Origin: Euprymna scolopes
Lineage: Eukaryota
Assembly: GCA_053919585.1 (NCBI GenBank)
Contig: CM132825.1
Length of the DNA stretch: 64,000 nt
Direction: 5' to 3' (one strand)
A program made the position numbers and the translations under genes. This document shows positions 10,107-22,040 of this stretch, in pieces; position 1 is the stretch's first letter; each line of letters begins with the position of its first letter. A model generated the notes under the pieces. It was not told the DNA's origin and did not search any database. It worked only from the letters and a program-made list of their open reading frames with translations.

Positions 10107-10740
10107 CAGAACAGGCAGGGTAAGCTACAATTCTTGGGTTGAGGTCACGTGGTTTCGCCTACCTTATTTGAATGGTCAGAACAAATCGCTAGCATTTGTT
10201 GGGAAGTTGCATAAGTCCCCCAAACAAATAAATAAAAAGAAATACACTACCAAATAATGTAAAATAAACTTTTATTTTCGTAAAAAAAGAAAAGAAATTA
10301 CTTTTTTAGCATGCAAGACGTCATTTGCCCCTTAGTTTCAACCCTGCACCATATTTAAAATAGAATGTGCTGCCGTCTGATCGATTTCCTGTCGCCTGCA
10401 TGATCTGTTATTCTGATTTGATGGCGATGCTTACAGCTGCTCCATTGAGTCAGGGCCCCGCTTTATCGTTTCTTCCTTCTTTCTATGGTGTTGCTCAGGT
10501 CCCGTTCGTCACAAGAGTAAAAATAAAATAATAAATATTCATTGATTTTAAGCTATCAGTAGACCTAAAATCTATAAATACCCCCCCCCACACACACACA
10601 AATTTGATTTTTTACATTTAATAAAGTATATGCACATTAAACATGTGTTTTTTTTTTTAGATAACCGGAAAAAATAACAACTCTATGGTTAAATATTTAG
10701 AGACTTATAAAGAACCGGGAATTTAGTATGGAATCGGGAA

Positions 10741-11301
10741 AAATATCGGAATCACTCATCAGTAGTAAGTAATGATGTCAAGGAAACTGAAGATGGAACT
10801 AAAGCATGCGCACAAATAAAATCACGTAGCAAGTATACTGTGCTATCGATGAAATGTGCTATGACGACTTTTACATGAAAGGGGCGAACTTTGTTGATTG
10901 ACGGGTCGGTCAGTGGTATTTTATCGAAAGGGCACCAGTACAGCAATTTTATTGGAATACATTCCAGTGAAGTACTTGTAAAACAAGATCTGGGATGCAA
11001 CGTTGCGGTGACGAGGCAGGAATTAGAGGTTGGTATCTATTAGATTATAATTGGAGTAGTAATTGGTGCACCAGCACAGGTGGGGATGGTGGCTTTGTAG
11101 ATATACAGGATACTGCTAGGTGTAGAAGTTTTCTGTGCAGCAACCTTGGCAGTGTCTTCTGAAAACAAACTGCTGTGCATGAAGTGCATAAATGAAGTCT
11201 TCATAAAAAGACTAAAATCTGTCACAGGAGATTATCTAGAACCTAAACTAATTGAGACAACACAGGATGCAGTAAATTACAAAAATGTCAAAAAATCATG
11301 A
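10741..11301 (+). pseudogene. Possible decayed exon of a type-I membrane protein
   Basis: One frame runs ~185 codons with only 3 internal stops. It contains a TM-like IIIGVVIGAPAQVGMVAL*IYR followed by GDYLEP and VNYKNV tyrosine motifs. No family recognised. Confidence 0.25.
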
Positions 11302-11438
11302 AATGTAGAATAAACTGTTACAATAATCATTTATAGATAAAGAAATCTGGTTAGGACCCAACTATACAATTAGAAAAGAAACCCCTCAAAAAACATTATG
11401 TATAGCCTAAGGTTTCTGGTTGTCATCCAATTATAATA

Positions 11439-12160
11439 TTAGGTTGTCCCAAAAGTCTATAAACATTTGCAAAAATAATTGAATATTTATGTCATTTTTT
11501 ATTTATTTATTTTTTTTGCACTTATATTATTATAGAGATTTTTATCTCTCTGTTCTTGATGAGAATTGATAAAATTGAGCTGCGAGTTTTGATTCTTTTA
11601 TACTGGAATCGAGGCCTTTAAACTGGAAAATCCGCAAAAGAGATGTGTGCTGCAAAAGGTGATGGAACAATAGTATATGCGGCAATCTTTTCGATTTTGA
11701 CGACATGAGTCTTGGGAATATGCCTCGTTCGGACGGCCTTTAAAATTGGATAATAAAGATTTGCAAAGCGGGTTTGACACTGCACGTTTATCAAGCACTG
11801 GAGAATTGTCTGATGAGCTTGGAATTGGTAAATAGAAAATTCACCGACATTTGAAACAACTTGATTTTGTTCACAAAAAGCCGCGCCAAGTTGTGCATGA
11901 ACATACCGAAGCACAGGACAAGAGAAGAGTTGAAATTTGCTGTTAATTTCTCAGGCACCTATTAGACGTGTATTTTTGGAAGCGAATTATGACACTGGAC
12001 GAGAAATTAGTCTACCTGGTCCGGAACAATCGAGACAAGCGATTGAGGTGAAAAGGTCTGTTAAAATGATATCTTTATTTTTAGGATAATTTTTTTTATT
12101 ACTTGGCGAGTAAAATTTCAAATTTTTGCATGTGTTTATGAACTTTTTGAGACAACCTAG
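11439..12160 (+). mobile_element. Internally deleted mariner element with both TIRs and TA flanks
   Basis: Left TA|TTAGGTTGTCCCAAAAGTCTATAAACATTTGCA pairs with right TGCATGTGTTTATGAACTTTTTGAGACAACCTAG|TA. Decayed transposase: MRIDKIELRVLI..., PRS-GRP, IHRHLKQL....K..QVVHEHTE, KRIMTLDEK. Confidence 0.88.
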
Positions 12161-12313
12161 TACGTACAATATGTGAACGGATAAAACTTTGAATAAAATA
12201 AATCAAAAACTCTAAAAGAAAAAAGGCCACCTGTAACCTAAGATGTAAGAGTTAGAAAATGTATTAGGACAAGTCTGTATTACATGATTATCATTTAATT
12301 ATTAAAGTAAATA

Positions 12314-13478
12314 TTAGATTGACAAGAACGTTCTTGCAGTTTTTAACTTTTAAATTCAGATGAACATATCTCGGTTCAATCAAAAATTTATTGATCGAAA
12401 TAAGCACCATCAGACTCAACACATGTTTGCCAATGCAATGTATTTATGCCAGTAACGTAAAAATCTTGCATTCTTGTGGCTATGAAGTTGCTAAAGGTGT
12501 TTTTGATATCACTTGGGTTTTTGAAGCATTTCTCATGCAGAAAGTCGCCAGGATGCTTGAAAAAGTGGTAGTCGGAGAGTACGGCGAATAAGGCACAGTT
12601 TCGTAGTCCAATTCGTTCAACTTATGCAGGGTCGGTTTAGCAACATGCTGGGGGTTGTTGTCAAAGTTTCTGATACATTTCATCTATTTGTGAGAAAACT
12701 GTGATAGATGAGGCCGGCCACAGACCACCAAACATTCAGCATGACCTTCTTTTGGTGCAAATCTAGCTTCGGGAAGTGTCGAGGAGCTTCGTCTAATCAT
12801 TGAGCTGTTTTTGTAAAGAACCCAGTGTTTATCATAAGTCAAAATCCGGTTGAGAAAAGTTCCATTCTTGTTGTGTAAAAGAAGGGAAGATGACACTTCA
12901 TAACGGCATTTCTTTTGGTTGTTGTTCGATTCGTGAGAAACCTATTCATAAAGTGTATTTTGTCTTTTTAATCTCTCTCAATTGGTTGAAAATCGTCGTA
13001 TACATTATGCTTACTTCAAAAGCAAGTTCTCGAACAGCTGTGCGTGAATTGGGTTCGACTAAGGTTCTTAATGCCCAATTGTCAACATCCGATGGTTGAA
13101 CACTACGCTCATCATGTTCAAGACTCACGTCGCCGCAACGGAATTTCTTAAACCACCATTGTACTGTGCGTTCAGTAGTGGTTCATGAGCCAAACGCCTT
13201 GTTGATATCGCGAGCTGTTTCGGCAGCTTTTCTCCTTAGCTTGAAGTGAAAAAATAAAATTGTGCGAATTCGTCTTTTGTTTTTTTTCATCTTGTATTCA
13301 ACATTCTAAAAAGAAAACATAATTGTTTTAAAAAAAAACTGTAATGTAAACGATTAGATAGAGCAGAAAACGCCCTTAAAATTATATATAAGTAAAAGTA
13401 TTATAACGAAAACTTATTTTAAACTACATCATTTGCAATCAAAATAAAAAATTCCGCAATAATTTTTTCTCAACCTAA
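12314..13478 (-). mobile_element. Decayed mariner, cecropia/Hsmar1-like, near full length
   Basis: TIR TTAGGTTGAGAAAAAATTATTGCGG (minus strand from 13478) and degenerate TTAGATTGACAAGAACGTTCTTGCAG at 12314, both TA-flanked. Peptides RKAAETARDINKAFG..TTERTVQWWFKKF, SSSLLLHNKNGTFLNRILTYDKHWVLY, DN..QHVAKPTLHKLNELDYETVPYSPYSP. Confidence 0.9.
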
Positions 13479-14111
13479 TAGCGTCTGGTAATTGAATCAG
13501 TTATTTCAATATTCGTAAACAGAATAGTTTTTAAAATCAGAATAACATAGTCTGTAATCTAAAATGTGTGGTTGCAACCCACCCATAATATGTAAAATAT
13601 TTGAAAGAAGAATTTGGAATACAAAAAATTAAAAGCTCTAAAAAAACAAACATCCATAGAGTTTTGAATACAATAAATTAAGACACTAAAAAGGTTACCT
13701 ATAACCTAATATGTCTTCTGATTCGGCCACGTTTTAAGGAAGGACATGTGTATAAATGTCATAAATCAAAACTTTCATAGGAAATCATTCAAAGTCTGAG
13801 ATCATTGCTGCTAGTTCAACGTGTTTGTTGAATAACAAATAAACAAGTTGTATTGTACAAAAAATATTGTATTGTACCATATTGAATAACAAATAAACAA
13901 ACTACTAAGAATATTGATCTCCATTAAAATGGTTGGTTATCGTGTTTAAAACATGTCCCTCATTTGTATACGATTACTTGTATTTGTTTTGCGTGCATAT
14001 AATTTGTTTATATTTCATCAATAATTGGAGCCTTTGCAGAGAGGTAGTAAATAAGGAGGGACTCTACACTCAAATTTATGGATGCAGTTTTTTGTTTTGT
14101 CGAGAACAACG

Positions 14112-14148
14112 TAGGGGTTAAGGTTAGGTTTAGGGTTAGGAAACACGG
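14112..14148 (+). repeat. Short degenerate (TTAGGG)n-like tract
   Basis: TAGGGGTTAAGGTTAGGTTTAGGGTTAGG followed by AAACACGG. Confidence 0.6.
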
Positions 14149-14574
14149 TAGGCAAATAATTACGACAAGTATAGTCTGGAACGATGTATTACATAATTAT
14201 CATGTAACTATTATAGTAAACAGCGTTCGATAATTGCATCGATTATTTCAATATGTACGAAAGTGCTTTTGAATGTTAGTCAGTTTTATTTGTTTGCACA
14301 GAAAAACAAAAGGCATCAAATATAATTCGTGCATCAAATTCATGGAAAGTAAAAATAAGAGGGGAGAGAGAAGTAGAAGAGAAAAATTAAGGGTGAGGCG
14401 GGTTGTGGTCGAACTTGATTGGAATCAAAATTGGGGTTGCTAGAGGAGGTCGTGAAGAAAAATTAAGTTACTTTTGCCAATGGGTTGATATGAAAGGAAG
14501 TAAGAGATAATCAAGAGATAGGAGCCCAAACGTTGTACACCCACTCATAATACTTTCTAATTCTGGTACCCCTC

Positions 14575-14817
14575 TCTATTTTCTCTCTCTCTCTCTCTCT
14601 CTCTCTTTCTATCCATGCNNNNNNNNNNNNNNNNNNNNNNNNNNNNNNNNNNNNNNNNNNNNNNNNNNNNNNNNNNNNNNNNNNNNNNNNNNNNNNNNNN
14701 NNNNNNNNNNNNNNNNNNNNNNNNNNNNNNNNNNNNNNNNNNNNNNNNNAAACAAACAAACACACATATATATGTGTTTGTCTTTATATATATATATATA
14801 TATAAGTATATATATAA

Positions 14818-14860
<43 letters not shown>
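14575..14860. repeat. (CT)n, assembly gap (14619-14749) and (AT)n
   Basis: Directly visible. Confidence 0.9.
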
Positions 14861-14863
<3 letters not shown>

Positions 14864-16855
14864 AAAACCGGCGTATTTTTGCTCACTGCTTGGAACCCAG
14901 CATTTATTGCATTACGATGTGGTTGAAATTCATCACATTCGCGTCTTTAGTTATCTTGGGGGTGAGTTTGCTTATTTTTCTGGTTGGCGTTCTTCTTATT
15001 TATTTATTTTATTTTATTTTTTATTAATTTATTTTCTTCTACTATTTTTCTACTTGCTTCATGTAACGATTTTGAAGGAAAAAAAAACGAAAATCTTATA
15101 TTATTAACTTTTATCAAAAGCAAGTATTTTTAAACTGTAAATGCACAACATACCCATAACACATTCATTTTTTTATATTGCTTTCTTATCACGATGTTCA
15201 AAACATAACGAACTCTAACCAACGGCACAAGAATTGGTAAATTCTGTAGGTAGTCGGGCATAATAAATCACCATTGGTTGTAAAATGTCAAAACCATGTG
15301 TGATAAGCAGTTCCAACATGCAACATGACAGCAATTGGAATTTGAAGAGATTTATATTTTTAGCTACCAATACTTTTACAATGTTATGTTGTTAGTTCCG
15401 GGCAACGCCAGAAAATAAGCTATATTGACTTTTTTCGTCAGTCTACATGGGATTTTAGCTAAAAGAGGTATTTTAAAATGAAGTATTTATTTCCAATTAC
15501 TTTGCAATGCTATAAACCGAGTAACGTAGAAATATCTAGATAAATATATAAACATAGACCATGTAAAAACATCAGGTGATCTTCATGCTATGTGTACTAA
15601 TGACGTCATGATAGGAAAATAGATGTTGAGACACAAACAGTTTTACAGTCGTCGGAGAGAGGAGTTAGTAGTTAGAGCTTGGAGACCGACAGAGAGTCGA
15701 ACCGATCGGTCGTGATAGCTCGAAGCACTCGGGGTAGTAAGGGGTCTAATGCCTATCAAGTGTAAGGAACGATGGACTAGTGTGCAGTTTTGCAATGGGG
15801 AAACATCTGTAATAAAGTTGCTGAAAATAAAATCTGAGATTTGTTGATTTCTTGGGATGAATCTTCTTTGTAGCTTTCAATCAAACCAGACCAAAGATGG
15901 GACAGGTATGTTTCTCCTATTGGCAGAGAACTGTTATCCGTTGCTTCTTGTTATAAATATTATATGTCCTGTTTAGACACTCATTGCTAGACGATCATAG
16001 GCAAATTCATAAATGTATACACGTTATATACATTCAATAAAGACGTAAGCACATGAACGTTTATATATACAAGTAAACTGTTATGCATATTCGTTTATAT
16101 ATAGCTCCTCCGAGAATACACGAACAAGACTTATGAGAAGACTGCACAACATTCCCATAAGCTAAATACTAGGCGAAATATATGACAGCACAAAATTTCA
16201 TAAACACATACTCTCTTAAGCATGTATTTTCACCTAGACACTGCTAAGGTCTAAGTGTAGTATATGTTCTGATTCTACACGTAATTTAATAGGTCCTTAA
16301 TCGATGTACATGAAACCCTTCTATACTAAGTCATTTTTTTTTATTTATGCATTTTTGCCTACTGCAAGAGAGCCCTGTTTTGGGGAGCTGGTCCCCCATT
16401 AAAAACGCCCTTGTGTCACATTTTGCTTTCGTGGGGAAGCAAATAAATACCATAAGCATAAATATCATAAACACATATTTATTAATACAAATCTATTCTA
16501 ATTAGTAACTATTTTTTCTACAAGGAGCCGAATTGGTGACTTACCAGTATGAATATTAGATAACTCATTACACCCAAACTTGGAAAATAAATGATTGTTT
16601 TGTAACGGTGTCTCATTTATCTCTTACTTTTGTTGATACATTTCAAGTCAAATTTCTATTTTTCAGAAAAGATGAGAAAACAAAATATTAGCAAGTTAAC
16701 TAGTAGCACTTTCTAAAGATGGTAATTCCAAGAAAGAGATAATAGGAAGAGTGTTTTTGTGCTTAGGATGGCGCATCTTCGAGTCAGTATCACATCAGCC
16801 ATTCGTAATTTGAGTTGGCCGAAATTAAAACAAAAAAAAATCATACGAGTATAAC

Positions 16856-16924
16856 CCGTATTTCCTACTGACCGCACCTTACAACCATTATAACCCTAAC
16901 GCTAACCCTAACCTTAACCCTAAC
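16856..16924 (-). repeat. Short degenerate (TTAGGG)n-like tract, opposite orientation
   Basis: TAACCCTAACGCTAACCCTAACCTTAACCCTAAC preceded by CCGTATTTCCT. Confidence 0.65.
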
Positions 16925-17758
16925 TCAGACTTTCACCGATCGAATGGCAAATAATGTACTTGGCATATTTTTTGTAGACAACTCATTTTTATTAATTATT
17001 TTATGGATAGAAACTGTCTAAAATGATTCGCTTATGCTGTAATTTGTTTTTCATCCCATAGATATTTATTTTGTTTATTCTTTTTAATTCAGTTAGTTCT
17101 TACAGATCAAGGGACCCTATTATAAGACTAATACTTTCTTTATACCAGTTTGTCACCGCTTATAAAGTCCACTCAACGATAAGATAGTCGATTGAATATA
17201 AGTTTGAGAAATACAGAATAGGCAGAATGCTTTACTGTTTTAGATATTTCTTTAAGTGGAACTTAAAGTTTACATTGTACCAAATTTCGGCTAGAATTAA
17301 ATAAAAGAAATCTGTATATTGACATATTTTTCCTACTATACAAGAGTTTTTTTTTTCATTCGAAAATATTCTGCAGAATGTCAAGCATTTGATTTGACGT
17401 TTCATCTAAATTGTACATGTTAAGAACCCTCCACCTTAACAAAATGGATATTTTCCGATTGTAGCACTCCGTGCTTATTGGGATAAGCAGAATAACAAAC
17501 TTAAGTAGAAAATCGATCTTGGGTTTAATTTCGGTAATCGCGTAATTCTCGCTCCACTTATTTTGTCCTATAGTCCTCACATTCTAAGAGCAATGTTTCT
17601 GACAAAGAGGGGAAAATTACTGTTTCTGAGTCAGAATCTAACACTTATTGTTGGCAAGTTCTTTGTCTTAAAATAGTTTTTTTTAGATCCGTACATCAAG
17701 TGGCTTCATGCCTTGTCTGGAGCGATTACCATAAGAGATGGAGAAATACTTTCTTAGA

Positions 17759-17887
17759 NNNNNNNNNNNNNNNNNNNNNNNNNNNNNNNNNNNNNNNNNN
17801 NNNNNNNNNNNNNNNNNNNNNNNNNNNNNNNNNNNNNNNNNNNNNNNNNNNNNNNNNNNNNNNNNNNNNNNNNNNNNNNNNNNNNNN
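17759..17887. other. Assembly gap (129 N)
   Basis: N run. Confidence 1.
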
Positions 17888-17929
17888 AACAAATATTATT
17901 AAAGTTTCCTCAGCTTTACATTCATAAGT

Positions 17930-18130
17930 AATATGGATTCGAATAACTACATAGAGGACATTGCCAAGGCTGATATACGTAAAGTGATTTTACTTTACCG
18001 AGCTGGAAGATTTCTATCACCAGCCAGTATCCTATATCTTTTTAAAGCCAAGAATGAAGTGGCGTTGTTACATGTACCAACTACTAGTATCTCCTTCTTA
18101 GACAAGGTTCAGAAATGCTTTATACTTGGG
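17930..18130 (+). mobile_element. Old CR1/L2-group LINE fragment
   Basis: YIEDIAKA...KV..LYRAGRFLSPASILYLFK and ISFLDKVQK align with the YIK.VAKAA.KMVGSFY...RYL..DAILYLYK / LSCLDKVQ segment of copies 1-2. Confidence 0.6.
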
Positions 18131-19770
18131 CAGGCGGTGCCACTCTAAAGATATAACATATTTCTATATAAGAGCACTATAGATTAAGCTAATATTCCTC
18201 ACAGAAGCCCTGCGACTATGTTTTGCACTTACGTGTATACTATATGGAGGACTAAACCAAATGATTTTCTTTCTTCCAATCCATTTTTACTTTTTTACTA
18301 TCATCATCTCTATTATTTATATTTTCTGTTTTTACTTGTTTTCGTAGTATTTCTTTTTATTTACTTGTTAGTATACGTATTGTTATTTATCATCTCTCTT
18401 CCAGTAACATCGTTACAATTTATGAACCCTAGATTTTTCTTGGGTATTATACACTCTCTCTATACAAGTTGTCAATAATTCTCCTAAAACTTTTCTGTAA
18501 TATATAATGAATGAATCTTAGCTAGTGAATAGGACGTCACTATTTGACTACAGAAATTGCATGTATTATTGACATTAATGGCCTATTGTACCATTCCCCT
18601 TACTACAAAGTAAAAATTGAGATAGCGATAAAAACAGTCGAGAATTGTATTCCAACTTGAGGAATGGTGTGGGGAACAGTCTGTTTCTGGGTGGAAAATG
18701 GTCAAAATGTTAACGATAAAAAAGCGGTGTTAATTTTTAATTATTCTTTTTATTTTAAGGTAAGTAGATCGTTTTTAAATATTATTCAGCATAATTTTGC
18801 TAGTTGTAAATAAATACCTTAAAATTAATTTATCCCACGTGTGATGATGAGGAGCACGAAATCATAATCATAACAAAAAAATGTTACTCAGATGTGTGAT
18901 GAGGAGTGTTATTCCCGAGAATTGTAATCATTGCACATTGTTAACGTAACATTATAATCAGTCACACACATCTGTAAGAGTTTCAAATGGTACACACACA
19001 CACACACACACACACTCGTTTCACAACAAGCGTGTATTTGTGTATCTGTTCGTTAACACCGTTAATCGATCAAAACAATCAGAAAGAAAGTCTATTTTAC
19101 ATACGTGCTCGGTCTCTAGTTTTCATTCATTGTATATTTGCTTTCCATGTGTGGGCAGCGATTTTCTCTTCGTTGTTGAGCTTCTGATGACTCCAAACGA
19201 ATACAAGGGAGACTTGTTGACTCGCAAACGTTTTATTTAGAGAAGCGTTGTTTACGAGAGAAGAGACCCATCTAATCCTGACTACGTCCTAATTTATTGT
19301 TTATTTTAATTTGGGATTGGAAGGCGCAGACGACATTCGTTTAGTTTCTCTCTACATGTTTTCTCTTTAGTTTTCCGTTAATAACTCTATTCTGTTCCCC
19401 GACCGCGTAGCGTAATATCTGTTAAGATCATTCGACACCTGAATTTCTAGCGCATTTTGTTTAATGAGCGAACCTTTGAATTCCAGCCTGGGTCTACTTC
19501 TGTTGTCACTAGATTAACTTGGCATGTACTAATGCCACCAATGCCAAAATTGATACTAATTAACATAAGCTCTACTTAGTAGCGTAGGGTTCCAATATAA
19601 AACACGTCAGGATTAAATATTTTTGAAAACTGTTTTTCTGGATAATTGTATCTCGAGCGTTAAGATTAAATAATTTCGCATAAAACTTTCGTGTAATTTG
19701 ATCTCTAATTTATTTATCTGGTTTATGTATCTATATTATTTATTTATTTACTTTTGCTTTTTATCCGTAG

Positions 19771-19807
19771 TATTCTTTCCGTTTTGGTGATGGCGCTTCT
19801 TTGCAAG
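19771..19807 (+). CDS. Candidate 37-nt micro-exon
   Basis: Pyrimidine tract ...CTTTTGCTTTTTATCCGTAG| and a perfect donor AAG|GTAAGT. Read as YSFRFGDGASLQ+G it joins in frame (phase 1) to the VWA-like exon; the frame is not established. Confidence 0.35.
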
Positions 19808-20574
19808 GTAAGTAGCACGTTTTTAAATTATAAATTAAATTATAAACTTGTATTAAAAATATTTATAACTTCAGTCGCATATTTTTGCTGGTCATAAATA
19901 AACACATCAAACTTCAACGAGGAAGCGTATCAGAAGAGTATAACAATATATATAGCAATGCAGGATATCTGGTGTTAGAATATGATGTATAATCGAAAAT
20001 GGATAAACGAAAAAGGGTCTTGTAGAGCTTTTTTTATTTCTTCATCTATCCATTCATTTTCCATATCAACCATAGATACAAAGCAAAAAAATTGACTTAC
20101 TGTTTGGAATAACCGAGATGATAGCAATCTTTGATATTTCGAAAATATAATTTCTTTTTCAGAATGGAAGGGACAAAAAATGTTTTAAAAAAGAAAAAAA
20201 AATGTAAAATATCGTACGCTTCAAGCAAACTACCTTCCCCCTCTTACTTCAAACTTAATTTAGATCATAGCATCTCCACCCGGTGTTCCAATATATATAT
20301 ATATATATATGCGTTTTATAATTTTTTAAAAATCCAACATGGATAAGTGTAGACATGACTAAGTTTTATTTGAGAGACGTTCAGGTTATGTTGTATTCGA
20401 ATAAAGCAAATTTCTTGTCAGCAATGTTATGACAGAGCCGCTAATAAATAAGAACATATTTCAGACGTATGTAATATTATTTTACAGAAACACTGGATAT
20501 TTATTTCCTTCCCAACTTTGCACTCATTCACGGAGGGCTGATTAGTGCTTTCCATTCTCGTTGCCCCTCATGGC

Positions 20575-20576
<2 letters not shown>

Positions 20577-20634
<58 letters not shown>

Positions 20635-20818
20635 TCTAACACCAGGCACACGCTCATATTTTTCTGCTACGGACACTTTCCATGGTTCCGAAACAGATGT
20701 TGGCGCTACTATGCATGGAATGCAGGAATTTTAGTGCATGTTTTCTAACATTGTTATTTAGATAATCTCAGTTCTTTTAACCAATGTGATTCGTAGTAAT
20801 GTTCTAATGAGGGTCTTC

Positions 20819-20897
<79 letters not shown>
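20577..20897. repeat. (ATT)n at 20577-20633 and (CT)n(AT)n at 20822-20897
   Basis: Directly visible. Confidence 0.9.
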
Positions 20898-20901
<4 letters not shown>

Positions 20902-20920
20902 TTATTCACTATCTATTACT

Positions 20921-21025
20921 AGGATTATTATTATCATTCACTCCCTAGACTTCTTCATGAGACCAATCTGTGATGTAGCCTAGAGTTTGAGTGACAACAA
21001 GTTCCCCCAGATTTCCAGTAATCTG
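20921..21025 (-). mobile_element. Possible 3' end of an R4/Dong-like LINE with (AAT)n tail
   Basis: Reverse complement ...CTGGAAATCTGGGGGAACTTGTTGTCACTCAAACTC...GGAGTGAATGATAATAATAAT resembles, from recall only, an AAT-tailed LINE end common in octopus. No coding evidence here. Confidence 0.3.
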
Positions 21026-21199
21026 TACCTATTTCGAAATTCTTTGCAAATGAAAATGCGTTATCGTAAAAGCCATTTACCATCGATTGTTCATTGGCAG
21101 CGACCATTTGTACTCACTGAAATTTAGGTGGCGATAAGCTTCCCCAAGGTCTTCGGACCTATCCAGTGAATGTCTAGTTAAGGCTTTTTCTCCTTCGTC

Positions 21200-21390
21200 T
21201 TTACGCCAGAAAGCTTTTTCTTCTTATAGTTTCTTCCTCACAACAGCTAGATTTGGAATTCCCTGCCTGCTTCCCTGACCGTACTGATATGCAGGAATTT
21301 AAATGTAGCGTAAGCCAACACTTACGTCCAAGTGGCAATATGCTTTGTTAGGGGTGAACATGAGTAAAAAAAAAAAACAAAAAAAAAAGC
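21200..21390 (+). mobile_element. Old CR1/L2-group LINE 3' fragment with A-tail
   Basis: SFFLTTAR-WNSLPA-FPD..DMQEFKCSV..HL (with frameshifts), followed by CATGAGT and an A-rich tail. Confidence 0.6.
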
Positions 21391-21797
21391 ATGAAAAGGA
21401 AAAACACATTTCAAATAATTAAGTAATCTCCCATGGATGGATTTTTTTAATCGAATTGTTTTGTTGTGATTGTTTTTTCAATGTCACATCGTTTTTTAAC
21501 AATTGAATTTCAATTCTTCCAGTTCGAATGACTAAAAAATATAATTGATATTGTTTCATAATTTCTTGTCGACTTTGAAGCAAGATAGAAGATGTAAACG
21601 AGCGAGTATATAGATTAATTAATAGTATTCAAAAGATTTCTATACTTCTGCCAAATAAACAGTATATGTTCCCTATCTAGATAAACTTTTAGCCACGACA
21701 ATAAAATTGAATGGTAATTTTCGAATTACTTAAAGTAGATTTTTTTCAAATGATTTAAAGTTGATTTAAATGTTTTTGTTTTTTTAATTTAAATTAG

Positions 21798-21968
21798 GCT
21801 GTGGTAACCAAGAGTTCGATATCAATTACATGTTCGATTTTGCTTTTCTGGGAATATCCGGAGGCGAATATGTCATAGACTTCATTAATATCGTCAACTC
21901 TGCTAAAAGATTCACAGCTGATGAATTACATGTTGGTCTCGTCACTCGATCATGTCCAGACAAGAAAG
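21798..21968 (+). CDS. Internal coding exon, N-terminal part of a divergent von Willebrand factor A (VWA)-like domain
   Basis: T-rich acceptor ...AAATTAG|GC and consensus donor AAG|GTGAGT; 171 nt, phase 1-1, stop-free. Peptide (G)CGNQEFDINYMFDFAFLGISGGEYVIDFINIVNSAKRFTADELHVGLVTRSCPDKK fits the C-x4-D-hhh-hD beta1 / helix / hhVGhV beta2 pattern of VWA. The MIDAS DxSxS is degenerate (DFAFL). Confidence 0.65.
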
Positions 21969-21978
21969 GTGAGTTTGA

Positions 21979-21979
<1 letters not shown>

Positions 21980-22036
<57 letters not shown>
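21980..22036. repeat. (AT)n microsatellite
   Basis: Directly visible. Confidence 0.95.

Positions 22037-22040
<4 letters not shown>

Noticed and set aside
15590-15910. More GC-rich stretch with AATAAA resembling a solo LTR, plus a possible small exon ending CAG|GTATGT
   Set aside because: No TG...CA ends with TSD, no second copy, and no recognisable peptide.
17356-17580. 74-aa minus-strand ORF
   Set aside because: No recognisable motif; length is within chance expectation.
21108-21119. TTTGTACTCACT, a 12-bp match to the satellite monomer 2.2 kb upstream of the array
   Set aside because: Too short; a chance match is plausible given 27 possible phases in AT-rich DNA, and the flanks do not extend the match.
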